This document shows positions 18,690 to 28,752 of a DNA stretch of 64,000 nt, in pieces. The position numbers were made by a program, and so were the translations under genes. Every line of letters starts with the position of its first letter. Within the stretch, counting starts at the first letter, position 1. The notes beneath the pieces are model-generated. The model saw only the letters and a list, made by a program, of their open reading frames with translations, made no database searches and was not told the origin of the DNA. The DNA comes from Bacillota bacterium (lineage in GTDB: Bacteria; Bacillota; Sulfobacillia; Fermentithermobacillales; Fermentithermobacillaceae): contig JAXGQX010000008.1 in assembly GCA_040766225.1 (NCBI GenBank), positions 6,311 to 70,310 of the forward strand, written 5' to 3'.

Positions 18690-20035
18690 CAGATTCTGTC
18701 TTACGTCACCGACTTATCCGCGAAGTATGACGCCAGGCTTCTAGAGACCATTCGCACGCCAAACGTCTTTCCCATAGCGCAGGAACTAGTCAAGACAGGC
18801 TACACCGCCCAAAACAAGCCCCAATCCTATAGAGAAGACACGGTCCGCTACGTCTCCAGCGACCAGGACGCCTACGCCGGCGTAACGGCTTATGCACCAG
18901 GAGAAGGTGGCGTCCAGCATCCTGAGCGGACTCTACATGGGTGAGGCCCTGCTGATAGCGGAATCCGGCGCCAGCCTGGGCATGATGCAGGTGGCTATAA
19001 CGGCGTCGGTCATGCAGATCCCGTTCTTTGTCGCCGCGTGCGATTACGTCATCATCGGCGAGGAGCTTGCGGGCATCCTATCTGGACCTGTCCCGGGGCT
19101 GGGAGTCTCGGTCTCGGACATATACGGTAACTACATCGGAAAATGGATGACGGTAGTGTCCGCGTTCGCGTTGTGCCTGGCGTCGGTGAACTTGATCTTG
19201 GTCCACTCGCGGATAGTGGCGAGTCATCTATTTTCCTGATGCTTGCTGTTACCGCCAATCCCTCTGCTGAGTCCCATCGGAATCCCCCTCAAGATCAGTC
19301 CGATGACTCGATTTCGCTAACCTCGTATATGGCGGGAGGGGAGAACGGCTATCCGCCAGTTCGCCCTGGACTGCACCATCGTCACCCAGGACATCCGGGG
19401 AAACGCGACATCCAGTCTCCCCGTGATGAAGGGGATAGAGACCATCAAGGACTTCGCGTTCGTGCTTCAGTTTCATGAGCACACCCGAGTCGTGGATCCG
19501 CCAGGTCATCGACCCCATGGGCATCAAGTTCGCTCTCGGCACTGTCACCGTGTCCGTCCCGTCGGTGGTGCCGTACTACAACTCGGGCCAGCTGGAAAGG
19601 TTTGATGGGCGGGCTTTCCTCGGGCGCCCAATACGACCATCTGCTGAATAGGCCCGGGCGGGGTCTCGGCGATGATGGATGCGCAATCCAGCGAGCCACG
19701 GCGTGCATCTTCGGCATGTGGTCGCTTCCATTGTACAAGGATAATCCCGTGTACCGGGTGTCCCAGGCGGTCTTCGTTGGCTCGTGCGCCGGGCACGCCA
19801 TCGGGGTGGCTATCGGAAATATAAAGAACTACGGTCTAGTCCCGTTGTTCGGGGGCAAGGTGGACTTGATCGTCCCGGTAGCCTTGGGCCTCTTGCTCTA
19901 CACTCGCTTCTTCCCCGCGGTATAGCTGGCCGAGCCGCTGGCCCGCCTTTCATGGTGGGAGTCGGTGTCGGGCAATCGATATATACCTCAGTTAGGTCGC
20001 AGGTCATCAAGCAGGGCGGGAGAGGCCGGCGATAG
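18690..20035 (+). pseudogene. Multi-pass membrane protein of unrecognised family, fragmented
   Basis: ORFs 18892..19239 and 19602..19925 plus shorter pieces carry hydrophobic segments (QVAITASVMQIPFFVAACDYVIIGEEL; FVGSCAGHAIGVAIGNIKNYGLVPLFGG) in different frames on one strand. Confidence 0.3.
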
Positions 20036-20139
20036 CCAAGCGCCGAACGCATATTGTGGCTCCGCGTTGGACACAATGAAGAAGCGGGTGTACCTTCGGT
20101 ACACCGCCTTCGCTTTGGTTCTCAGTTAGCGTTCTCGGG

Positions 20140-22323
20140 TTATCTTTCGCGTTTCTTCGTCGCCAAGCCGAGGCCCAGCAGCGAAACTCCTATGCCGTAC
20201 ATCATGGTCGCCGAGATACCACCGGTGGGCGCCAAGGGCGGCGGCTCATCGGGGATGATTGTCTCGTACCAGAACGTGTACGTCGCATTTCCTGAGCTGA
20301 ACTCGTGAGTGTACGAAGCCGGCTGGCCTTCCCTCAGTTCATACCCTTCAACCTCGAAGGCATTGACGACTTGGCTGGATCCGACGAAGCCGGAGTGAGA
20401 AGTCGGCGCGTGGACGTTGTCATCCGTGCCCCACTCTTTGTAGTAGACGGTTAGAGTACTCGTCGGAGGCGGGGGAGGAGGAGGCTCGGGAGCAGTGTAC
20501 TTGTTATACACAGTTACCGGGTCATTATTGCCCGCTTGGACGTATACCACGTATGATCGGCCTTCTGGGTTCGTCTGTTGCCAGTTTGCGGGAAGGTCTA
20601 CCTCGAATATCTCGTACCAGCCTGGCTCGAGCTCGTCGAAGTTGTGGTCGCCGCCGAGTTCTAGTACCGCCCATCGCGGCCAGCTTTCATCAAGCGCACT
20701 TGGGGCCAGGTCGGCAGGCCTGATACCGATCTTGAACTTCTCATCGCCTGTCTTGCGGTCGCTCGTCTCATCAGGTAGTTTTACCACCGTGATGTTGCCG
20801 AGTTCGGGAGCAGTGTACTTGTTATACACTCTTACTGGGTAGGGATTCGCGCCCGCTTCGACGTATATTTCGTCGTATGATATGCCGTCAGGGTTCGTCC
20901 ACGCCCAGTTTACGGGCAGGTCTTCCTCAAACACCTCATACAAGCCGGGTTCGAGATTGGTGAACGTGAAATCATCGCCGATTTCTAGTTCCGCCCATCG
21001 CGGCCAGGTTTCTTCATCAAGCGCAGCTAAGGTCTGCGAGGCAGGTCTGATGTAGATCTTGAACTTCTGGTCGCCATCGTAGTCGTCGCCATCGTCATCA
21101 AGTAGTTTTATGACCTTGAGGCTACCGAGCTCGGGATCAGGAGCTTTGTAGAAGTTGGTGATGGTCACAGTGTAGTTGTAGACATTGTCTTCTCCGATAA
21201 CTACGGTCTGGGTTGTGTAGACCGGGTTAGCCCAGCCTTCACCGGGGTGTTCCTCAGTTACCGTGAAAGTACCCTCCCAGAGACCGGAGAACATTACGGA
21301 ATAGCCGGCCCCTACAGTCTTGGTCTCATTGTAGTCGGGGCCAGTGACGGTAACCGAAAAGAGCTTTCCGCTGTCGAACTCGTCAGAACCCTCAAGAATT
21401 TCCTTATTGACTGTGATGCTACCGAAGGGGTCGCTTCCCGACTCAACGTACCAGAAGGTGTGGGTGTAGTCCGTTGCTGTGAAGGTGTGGGTGTAAGAGT
21501 CATCCTCGCCTTCCTTCAGGTCGTATCCCGAGAAGTCGTCGGCGTAGACAGTGGCATTGTCGCCAACATCCTTGGTTATGGGATCGTCGGTACGGAGAAC
21601 AATATCGGTGTCCCACACTTGATGGACGACCGTCAGAGTGCTCTGGGGAGCATCGTAGCTGTTGGTGATGGTTACCTCGTATGTTCCTCCAGCCGCGACG
21701 GTCAACTGGTTGGTTGCTACTCCGTCAACCTCGATAACAGGAGTCCCCCAGTTGGTGACAGGGAGGGTCTCGGTCACGGTGTACGTGCCGGGGACCACGT
21801 CGTCCAGGGTTACGGGATTGTTCACAGTCAGTTTGTCGCTGGAGTAGTTATGTACTCCGTCTGTCAAGGTGACCGTGAACTCTAAGTCGGCCGAGAAGTC
21901 GTCCGAACCATCAGCCTGGACCTTGGTGATTGTTACGGTTCCGGTGGTGGGGGGCATCACCACGTCAATGTCGACATTCAAAGTTCCTCCTGATTCGTTG
22001 CCGGGCTCGAAATACGGCCCCGAAGCTGCGGACGGGTTATAGTATTTCTGTGACGTTCCGTTGTCGAAGAATACCTCGATGTAGAGGATGTCGTTAGTCA
22101 CAAACTGTGAATCATCGCTTACTTTGTAGAGGTTGCTACCTCCTTGGCGCGCACACACCCACGGCTCCGGGTCAAAGGATAACTGGGCTTCGACTCTGAT
22201 CACGTGGTCAGTACTTGAAAGCGTAACGTGGATTTGGGTTCCCGCAAGGGCTGTAGGGGCATAACCGAGAACGATGCAAACAACGAGCAAAGCCACCAAT
22301 ACCTTATGTTTCGCGGATTTCAT
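20140..22323 (-). CDS. Sortase-anchored surface protein (LAPTG) with Cna-B/prealbumin-like and MucBP-like repeats
   Basis: ATG 22323 follows GGAAGGAGG and gives the signal peptide MKSAKHKVLVALLVVCIVLGYAPTALA. The C-terminus is LAPTGG, then a hydrophobic helix, then KKRER. Two ~106-aa tandem repeats (KFKIYIRPAS.../KFKIGIRPAD...) and two MucBP-like modules (STLTVVHQVW.../STLTVYYKEW...) are present. Confidence 0.8.
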   Translation of the reverse strand: MKSAKHKVLVALLVVCIVLGYAPTALAGTQIHVTLSSTDHVIRVEAQLSFDPEPWVCARQGGSNLYKVSDDSQFVTNDILYIEVFFDNGTSQKYYNPSAASGPYFEPGNESGGTLNVDIDVVMPPTTGTVTITKVQADGSDDFSADLEFTVTLTDGVHNYSSDKLTVNNPVTLDDVVPGTYTVTETLPVTNWGTPVIEVDGVATNQLTVAAGGTYEVTITNSYDAPQSTLTVVHQVWDTDIVLRTDDPITKDVGDNATVYADDFSGYDLKEGEDDSYTHTFTATDYTHTFWYVESGSDPFGSITVNKEILEGSDEFDSGKLFSVTVTGPDYNETKTVGAGYSVMFSGLWEGTFTVTEEHPGEGWANPVYTTQTVVIGEDNVYNYTVTITNFYKAPDPELGSLKVIKLLDDDGDDYDGDQKFKIYIRPASQTLAALDEETWPRWAELEIGDDFTFTNLEPGLYEVFEEDLPVNWAWTNPDGISYDEIYVEAGANPYPVRVYNKYTAPELGNITVVKLPDETSDRKTGDEKFKIGIRPADLAPSALDESWPRWAVLELGGDHNFDELEPGWYEIFEVDLPANWQQTNPEGRSYVVYVQAGNNDPVTVYNKYTAPEPPPPPPPTSTLTVYYKEWGTDDNVHAPTSHSGFVGSSQVVNAFEVEGYELREGQPASYTHEFSSGNATYTFWYETIIPDEPPPLAPTGGISATMMYGIGVSLLGLGLATKKRER

Positions 22324-22884
22324 TGTTCCTCCTTCCTGGCGTTTCCGCCAAACTGAGATCTTTTCGCTGGTTTCCCGGCTCCCCCGGGGAATCGGATTCC
22401 GATAGACTGGAGCGCTAGTGTCTCCCTTCCGCCGGCGGCGCTCAGACATCCTGCGAAAGGCTGGTTCCACAACTGCCGTTACCAGTATCTTCTACGTAAA
22501 CACATCCTATATTCGCGTAAACCGCCAGTCAACTAATTACTTTGTACTATGCGGTTTGACCCTTCTGAGATGCCACGAAATAGGACTCAGTGCCTATTGG
22601 GGCTGGTGCTTGGGTTCTGTGAGCGGGGGACGCGCCTGGTACGCCTGCTGAACCCTGTACGCCGGAGACGGAACCAGGAAACTTACACGGATGGACTTGC
22701 CACGTAGGGCAGGATGAATTGCTCGCAAAAACGCAGCACAGTTCGATAATCTATGTAGTACTTATGTAAAGAAGAACGATCAAACGAAATACAGCACAGG
22801 AACTAGAACTATCGAAGCGGAAATCCCATCGAGGGCGGGCTGCCGCTTTCTCGATGATGACGTCATCTTGTGGAGGATTGTCTC

Positions 22885-24462
22885 ATGTCACGACGGCCTT
22901 CTTTGGCTCGCGTATTCCCAGCTCGTTCAGCATCTACAGTGCGTCTGGCACTTGCAGTAACTCTCACAATCGCAGTCATCTTGGCCACCCTCGCTCTGCC
23001 CAAACAGGCGTCGGCCGCTCTGCTGCCATCCGCGTGGGCCGAGGGCGAGCTGGAACTAGCCCAGCAATGGGGCCTTCTGAGCGACCTGTATGATGCGCCC
23101 TCCGGTGGGCCAGTAAGCCGAGGTTCGGACAGCCGCCCCGATCCCTCTTCATACACCTCCGGCATCAACAAGGATACCTTCACCCAAGTTGTCGTGACCA
23201 TGTGCGAAAAACTGCTGGGGAGGAGCATCGACGCCGCTAACGTGCAGTTTGATGACAGGACTGCGCCGGCGTGCTACTACAAGGCCTTCGAGGCGGGGAT
23301 TGTGAACGGAAAGGGCGTCACTCCCGATGAAGCGGTGATACTTGGCCGTGATGATATCCTCTCACGCGAACAGATCGCAAAGATGCTGTATCAGGCGATA
23401 GTCTACTGCGACCCATCCCAAGACTCCCACGACTCCCAAGTCTCCCAAGACTCTGAAGCCACCCAAGACTCCCAAGTCACCGTCGACGTCCTAGCCACCT
23501 TTTCCGATTGCGAGGACATCAGCGAGTGGGCCAGGAACGCCGCCCGCTATATGGCGGACAAAGGGATCCTAAAGGGTGTCGACGGTCAGTTCCTCCCAAA
23601 GGCGCAATGCACCTTTGAGCAGGGAGTAGTCCTCGCCAAGCGAGTCTATGAGGAGTTCGCGGACGAGCAGGTACTGAAAAGCGCGCCGATGATGCGAAGC
23701 GGTCTTGCGGCTCCAGTCGTGGTTAAGCCAGAGTCAAGTCCCGCCAGCATGTCTCTTCAGCGTGAGGTGAAGTTGGCGTGGCAGGCGATGCCCGGCGTCT
23801 CCGGATATCTTGTAAGGATCGACTACCCCGGCGCAACCCAGACCCAGAGTGTCTACACGAACGTCCCGGAGATCCAGGTTCAGCCTCAGCGCAATAAGGA
23901 GTTGGGCCCCGGGCCGCACTCCGTCTCGATCGCGGCGGTGGATGGCGACCACAACGTCATCTCCCCGTTTACCCGTGTCTCGATCAATCTGTACAACGAC
24001 TCCGATTACGACTTCGACTTCAAGGACGCGGCCGAGGCAGAGAGCTACATGACGACGGTGACGGTTCGGGTATGGGATTTTGACGGAAACGGGCAGAAAG
24101 TGACCGTATCGAAGACCCTGACGGTGCACAAGTGGGTCGCCGCCGACGTAGTGGCGATTTTCGAGGACATTTACAACGGCCCGGAGAGATTCCCCATCCA
24201 TAGCGTCCACGGATACCGTCCGGGTTCAGGCGGCGAGCATCCCAAGGGGACAGCCATAGACATCAATCCAAACGAGAACTACGAGGTTTGGTTGGATGGC
24301 CGCGTGGGCGTGGGCTCCTTTTGGAAGCCGGGCGTGAACCCGTACTCCATTCCCCTGGATGGGGACGTCGTAAAGGCTTTTCGGGCCCGCGGCTGGGGAT
24401 GGGGAGGCACCGACTGGAGGAGCAAGCGAGACTACATGCACTTCTCGTACTTTGGGACGTAG
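22885..24462 (+). CDS. Secreted cell-wall peptidase: SLH-like repeats plus C-terminal M15 (VanY/LD-carboxypeptidase-like) domain
   Basis: ATG 22885 follows GGAGGA and gives a signal peptide ending KQASA. SLH-like segment: FSDCEDISEWARNAARYMADKGILKGVDGQFLPKAQCTFEQGVVLAKRV. M15 motifs: SGGEHPKGTAIDIN and RDYMHFSY. Confidence 0.75.
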   Translation: MSRRPSLARVFPARSASTVRLALAVTLTIAVILATLALPKQASAALLPSAWAEGELELAQQWGLLSDLYDAPSGGPVSRGSDSRPDPSSYTSGINKDTFTQVVVTMCEKLLGRSIDAANVQFDDRTAPACYYKAFEAGIVNGKGVTPDEAVILGRDDILSREQIAKMLYQAIVYCDPSQDSHDSQVSQDSEATQDSQVTVDVLATFSDCEDISEWARNAARYMADKGILKGVDGQFLPKAQCTFEQGVVLAKRVYEEFADEQVLKSAPMMRSGLAAPVVVKPESSPASMSLQREVKLAWQAMPGVSGYLVRIDYPGATQTQSVYTNVPEIQVQPQRNKELGPGPHSVSIAAVDGDHNVISPFTRVSINLYNDSDYDFDFKDAAEAESYMTTVTVRVWDFDGNGQKVTVSKTLTVHKWVAADVVAIFEDIYNGPERFPIHSVHGYRPGSGGEHPKGTAIDINPNENYEVWLDGRVGVGSFWKPGVNPYSIPLDGDVVKAFRARGWGWGGTDWRSKRDYMHFSYFGT

Positions 24463-24475
24463 GGGCGAACGGAAG

Positions 24476-25156
24476 CTATCTTCTACTCTTCCGCACCACA
24501 CTCAACCCGTTCCAGATTAGGAAGAGTGAGACGATGGCTGAGCCCACCGTATCCACATATCCCGTCGCAGGATGAAGAGGAGCTGCAGCTACGGCACCAA
24601 GGGCGGCGACCACACAGAGGTCGACGAGGGATTTTGCCCGGTAGAGACTACTTTGGGCGCCGATGACCGAATCGGGTCGTTCCCTGTTCATCGCGCGGTA
24701 GCGAATCCAAAACCAGGTGTTGGTCAGAAGTCCTAGGACAGCGATGGTCAGGCCAGGAATCACGTTGCCCTGGTACTGGGGTGATGGTGAGCCCGTCGGC
24801 CAATCCAGTGACGAACGTAACGACGCATTGAAGACAGCGATGCAAAGCATGACGACTCCCGAGAGGAACATCGCCCCTCCGACCCACTGGTTGGCAAGAC
24901 GCTCAAGCTTAGGTTTTTGTGTACGTCCAAGAACTCGGTAAACGCGCCACGAGACGAAAATCGCGATCAGTTCGGTAGTGCGACGTAGGAAGTCTGCCAG
25001 CTGGGTTGTAGAACGGCTGTTCAAGGCGGCGAATCCCGTAACAAGCGGGCCGGGAGCGCTCAGGAGCAGCGACCACAGTAAGGTGTTTTCTCCTCTAGAT
25101 CTGGCAGATCTGGTCCCGTCCACCACGACGCTTTCCCCGTCCTTTTTTTCGTGCAC
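24476..25156 (-). CDS. Cation-efflux (CDF)-like membrane protein, transmembrane domain only
   Basis: 226-aa ORF with about 6 hydrophobic helices and CDF-like strings (STTQLADFLRRTTELIAIFVSW, LYRAKSLVDLCVVAALG, YVDTVGSAIVSLFLIWNG). Confidence 0.45.
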   Translation of the reverse strand: MHEKKDGESVVVDGTRSARSRGENTLLWSLLLSAPGPLVTGFAALNSRSTTQLADFLRRTTELIAIFVSWRVYRVLGRTQKPKLERLANQWVGGAMFLSGVVMLCIAVFNASLRSSLDWPTGSPSPQYQGNVIPGLTIAVLGLLTNTWFWIRYRAMNRERPDSVIGAQSSLYRAKSLVDLCVVAALGAVAAAPLHPATGYVDTVGSAIVSLFLIWNGLSVVRKSRR

Positions 25157-25157
25157 A

Positions 25158-25910
25158 TTACACCCCGAACCAGCCGAGCAACCTCAGGAGAAAGGATACC
25201 GAGCCCGCTACGGCTAGAGGCACGGTAATCGTATCCATGCCGCGTCGCGTATAAAGCTCCACAAGGGCGCTCGTAGGAGCGACTAACAAGGCGATAACCA
25301 GGCACACAAGCCAAGACTTCCCTGTATAGAGCAGGGTGGTGATGAATATGGCGAGTAGCGACATGGCGTACATGCTAGCCGTGCCCTCGATGGTCTTCTT
25401 TCCCTCGATGAACCGGCCGGTAATGTAGCAGCGCCCGTACGTCTTTCCGACAAGCGCGGCGGCCGCGTCTCCGAGGCCCCATGCCGTGATTGCCACTACG
25501 ATGATGTACTTGGAGCCCGAGCCCAGCCATCCCCAGAACACGGTCACAAGTACCACCATCATAAGAAAGAAGACGACCATGCTCTTCTTCACTTCTCCGA
25601 GTCGTCGCTCGGCAAGGACCGTGCTGTACCAAGGCACCCGTTCAACCAAGGTGAGGATGGGATACAGCAGAGCTGCCAGCACGGCTGCGGAGGCGGCGGA
25701 CACATACCATGTTGGAAAAGCGTAGAGCCAGACGAAGACCGACCCGGTTATCATGAGATGCAGGATCTTGCGAGTCAACTCCGGCGGAATCTCAATGAAC
25801 CGCTTGGCCAGCGCGAGCGGTACCACAATGGCGACCAAGTACCACAACAACACCGTGAGTCCGGCCAGGCCTTCCTGCAGCAAATCTTGCACCAGCCCTT
25901 GTAGCAGCAT
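25158..25910 (-). CDS. CTP-transferase-1 family membrane protein (phosphatidate cytidylyltransferase / polyprenol kinase-like)
   Basis: 250-aa multi-pass ORF. Contains WGLGDAAAALVGKTYGR ... GKKTIEGTASMYAMS, which matches the family signature GD-x-AA-x-VG ... K(S/T)-x-EG. Confidence 0.5.
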   Translation of the reverse strand: MLLQGLVQDLLQEGLAGLTVLLWYLVAIVVPLALAKRFIEIPPELTRKILHLMITGSVFVWLYAFPTWYVSAASAAVLAALLYPILTLVERVPWYSTVLAERRLGEVKKSMVVFFLMMVVLVTVFWGWLGSGSKYIIVVAITAWGLGDAAAALVGKTYGRCYITGRFIEGKKTIEGTASMYAMSLLAIFITTLLYTGKSWLVCLVIALLVAPTSALVELYTRRGMDTITVPLAVAGSVSFLLRLLGWFGV

Positions 25911-25913
25911 CGA

Positions 25914-26372
25914 TTAGCCTCTCTTCGGTCGCGCCTCTTGCGAGCGTGTTTCTTGTAATTGTGATAACTGCCTGTCTGATAGGTTTCCTGCTATCTGAGA
26001 TATGATAAGGACAATGCGGTCGTACTCCTCGTCTGAAATCCCTCGCCGCACAATGTCGAAAACGTGGTTGTACGCGCTCTCGATGGCCGGTCCGATGGCC
26101 GCGGCCTTCTCGGTCAGCGCGACGAGGTAGGCACGCTTGTCAGCGGGGCGCGCCTTGCGCATCACATAGCCTTTTGCCTCAAGCGAATCGATTGCCCGGG
26201 ATATAGCTGCTTTGCCAATGTCGAGTTCATCAGCCAACTGCTCCTGAGGCATCTCAGAGTCACCCATGAGTAAGTGAAGCAGGATGTTGCCCTCGGCACT
26301 GGATAGGCCTAGGGGTCTTAGCTCGGCGTTAATGATCTGCCTGGCGGAGCGGATCATCCTGTGAGCGTACAT
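25914..26372 (-). CDS. MarR-family transcriptional regulator
   Basis: Winged-HTH pattern (LGLSSAEGNILLHLL ... QEQLADELDIGKAAISRAIDSLEAKGYVMRKARPADKRAYLVALTEKA). The track ORF runs to 26552. ATG 26372 (AAGGA upstream) gives a typical ~152 aa. Confidence 0.8.
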   Translation of the reverse strand: MYAHRMIRSARQIINAELRPLGLSSAEGNILLHLLMGDSEMPQEQLADELDIGKAAISRAIDSLEAKGYVMRKARPADKRAYLVALTEKAAAIGPAIESAYNHVFDIVRRGISDEEYDRIVLIISQIAGNLSDRQLSQLQETRSQEARPKRG

Positions 26373-26817
26373 CCAAATTTCCTTTATGGACGACACGGCT
26401 TCGATGCCTCCCATGGGCATGGTGGTTGTGGGCGCCCGCTGTCTGTTGCTGCCTGCGGCCCGCACTAGCTCGCGCGGGCTGCGCCACTTCGCACTCACTT
26501 GCTTTGCTGGCACTCTCACAAATATGCCGTGAAATAGTTGACGTGTCAACAATGTTGGGCGCGAATGCCCTGGAGGGAGGAGGCGAGTCTACAGTAGAGT
26601 TACAATGGGAAGTGCGGTACGCAGTACGCCCAAGCCTACGGACGCAAGACGTTCCTTAACCTTGCGGAGGTAGGTCCCACGGCATGACGGATGAGGCGGT
26701 GTTCCCGGAAAGGCACTTTTCTCGGCAGACGCGCGCCTGATTCGTAGGGTGCGAGAGGGTAACCTTAGAGGAAACCGTTATGCAGCGACGAATCCCATAT
26801 ACAGAGATGCATAAGCC

Positions 26818-26904
26818 GTCCTGAAGCAGTCGTTGAAGCGGTCCTGAAGCGGTCTTGAAGCAGTCTTGAAGCGGTCCATAAAGCCGTCCTGAAGCAGTCA
26901 TGTC
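26818..26904. repeat. Eight phased 11-12 bp repeats GTCYTGAAGCR in the MarR / M20-peptidase divergent gap
   Basis: GTC starts are at 26818, 26829, 26841, 26852, 26863, 26874, 26886 and 26897. Confidence 0.85.
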
Positions 26905-28659
26905 ATGTCCGGCCGCATCGGAAGGAGGCCTTTGGCTGTGAACACGAAAAGGATGTACGAACTCCTGCTTGAACTGGCCAAGGTCCCCAGTGTATCCCCC
27001 AGCGCCGAAGAGGCACGGATTGCGAAACTGATCCACAGCAAGCTCGCTTCTGAACCCTATTTCCAGTCCAACGTAGAGCAACTGCGGCTCCTTCCAATCG
27101 AGGGAGACCGCTTCGGACGCTACAGCGTCTATGCCATGGTTAGGGCGGTGCCCCGCACGTCTCGGACGATCGTCATGATCGGGCACATGGACGTGGTTGA
27201 GACCCGTGAGGCACGGGACATGGCTGAGCTGGCCTTCGATCCCGAAGAGTACACTCGGCAGCTGTTCCGGCGGATGCTCCCTCAGAGCGCCCGCCTTGAC
27301 CTGGAATCGGGCCATTTCCTCTTTGGGCGCGGGGTATTTGATATGAAGTGCGGCGTGGCGGCGGAAGTCGAGCTCATCAGAGAGGCGTCTTCGGACCCGG
27401 CGAGTCTTGAGTGCAACCTTATGCTCCTTATTGTCGGCGATGAGGAAAACCAGTCCGCAGGTATGCTGTCTGCGGTGGAGCACCTGCTCCGGGTTCAAGA
27501 AGAAGAGGGCCTGGACTTCGTCGCGTGCGTCAACACCGAGGGCGAGACTCAGAAGTTTGCCGGCGACTCAAGTAGATACGTCTCTCTGGGCACAATCGGC
27601 AAGATGATGCCCGTGTTCTATTGCGTGGGACGGGAGAGCCACGTCGGATCCCATTATGAGGGGCTGAACGCCAATCTCTTGGCGTCGGCGGTCAACATGG
27701 TCCTGGAGGGTTCTCCGGATTGGGTCGACAAGGTGGGCTCCGAGGTGTATCCCCCTCCGACTGCTCTGAAGCACCGGGACCTGAGGGACGCGTACTCCGT
27801 CACTCTCCCCGCGCGCGCCGTCACGTACTTCAACTACCTGTTCGTCAACAAGACCCCGGGTGTGGCGCTCGAGATGATGAAGACGGCTGCGCAGGAAGCC
27901 TGGGCATTGGCTCTGGAACGCATGAGGTATACCGCGGGGCGCCTTGCGGCCAAAGCCGGGAGTCCGGTTGAGATACCGTGGCGGCCCAAGGTAATCACGT
28001 ACCAGGAGCTGGTAGATAGCGTGCTTTCAACCTTCGGGACCGTGGAGGATGCGGCTGCGCGCCGAGACTCGGCTGTGTCCCAGGACCCGGGTAAGTCAGC
28101 CTCGGCCTCCGTTGCCGCGAGTTCGGTCCTGGACACCCACCTGCGATCATTCATCGACGGCCTCCCCAAGGAAATGGACGCCAGGGACAAATGCGTCGCC
28201 GTCATCGGTGAGGTACTGAGGCACTACGAGGACAAAGAACCGCTAATCATAGTCGGTTTTCTGCCGCCCTTCTACCCACACAGGACCAACTTGCGGAGTA
28301 CCGACAGGGAGCTCGGCATCGTGCAGGCTGTGGAAGACCTGGTCACAGAGGCCAAGGAGCTTCACGGCGAGACGCTCAAAGTCAACGAGCATTTCGTCGC
28401 CATCAGCGACCTGAGCTACGTGGGGTTCCACGGGACTCGCGAAGACATGCAGTTCCTCGTCGAAAACACTCCCGGGTGGGGGGACATCTACGGTTTGCCG
28501 GTGGATGCCTTGCTTAAGCTGGACATTCCGGTGTTGAACATCGGCCCCTCAGGGCGGGACGCCCACAAGTTCACCGAGAGGCTGGACTTGCGGTATTACA
28601 TGGGAGCGTATCCGAAGCTGCTGGAATCCATGGTTCGGAGGATTTCGCGTATTCCGTGA
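26905..28659 (+). CDS. M20-family peptidase, RocB-like (arginine utilisation protein type)
   Basis: Intact 584-aa ORF. Contains MIGHMDVVETREARD, FGRGVFDMKCGVAAEV and LLIVGDEENQSAGM. Length fits RocB. The true start may be GTG 26938 (GGAGG 9 nt upstream) or ATG 26953. Confidence 0.7.
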   Translation: MSGRIGRRPLAVNTKRMYELLLELAKVPSVSPSAEEARIAKLIHSKLASEPYFQSNVEQLRLLPIEGDRFGRYSVYAMVRAVPRTSRTIVMIGHMDVVETREARDMAELAFDPEEYTRQLFRRMLPQSARLDLESGHFLFGRGVFDMKCGVAAEVELIREASSDPASLECNLMLLIVGDEENQSAGMLSAVEHLLRVQEEEGLDFVACVNTEGETQKFAGDSSRYVSLGTIGKMMPVFYCVGRESHVGSHYEGLNANLLASAVNMVLEGSPDWVDKVGSEVYPPPTALKHRDLRDAYSVTLPARAVTYFNYLFVNKTPGVALEMMKTAAQEAWALALERMRYTAGRLAAKAGSPVEIPWRPKVITYQELVDSVLSTFGTVEDAAARRDSAVSQDPGKSASASVAASSVLDTHLRSFIDGLPKEMDARDKCVAVIGEVLRHYEDKEPLIIVGFLPPFYPHRTNLRSTDRELGIVQAVEDLVTEAKELHGETLKVNEHFVAISDLSYVGFHGTREDMQFLVENTPGWGDIYGLPVDALLKLDIPVLNIGPSGRDAHKFTERLDLRYYMGAYPKLLESMVRRISRIP

Positions 28660-28752
28660 TCTCGCGGCCGGGAGAACCTTGACTCAATCCAACATACCAA
28701 ACTACCATTGGATCACGGCCAATCTGGTCTGACCACTTTCTGAGCTAAGAAG

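Noticed and set aside
20140-22323. Diversity-generating retroelement target or retron near the repeat-containing adhesin
   Set aside because: The window contains no reverse transcriptase gene and no template/variable repeat pair with adenine-specific differences. The internal repeats are ordinary domain duplications.
2234-24462. Prophage (DUF1906 lysin-like gene, GIY-YIG nuclease, M15 peptidase)
   Set aside because: No capsid, portal, terminase, tail or integrase genes are present. The candidate lysis-type genes are 20 kb apart and are separated by a pilus operon.
26656-27498. 280-aa ORF antisense to the RocB-like gene, and similar long shadow ORFs (7377..8162, 10225..10746, 15631..16137, 21247..21885, 29795..30391, 44341..45018, 55267..55911)
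   Set aside because: Each lies opposite, or out of frame with, a gene that has clear family motifs. Their composition is Arg/Pro/Gly/His-rich, as expected for off-frame reading of GC-rich coding DNA.
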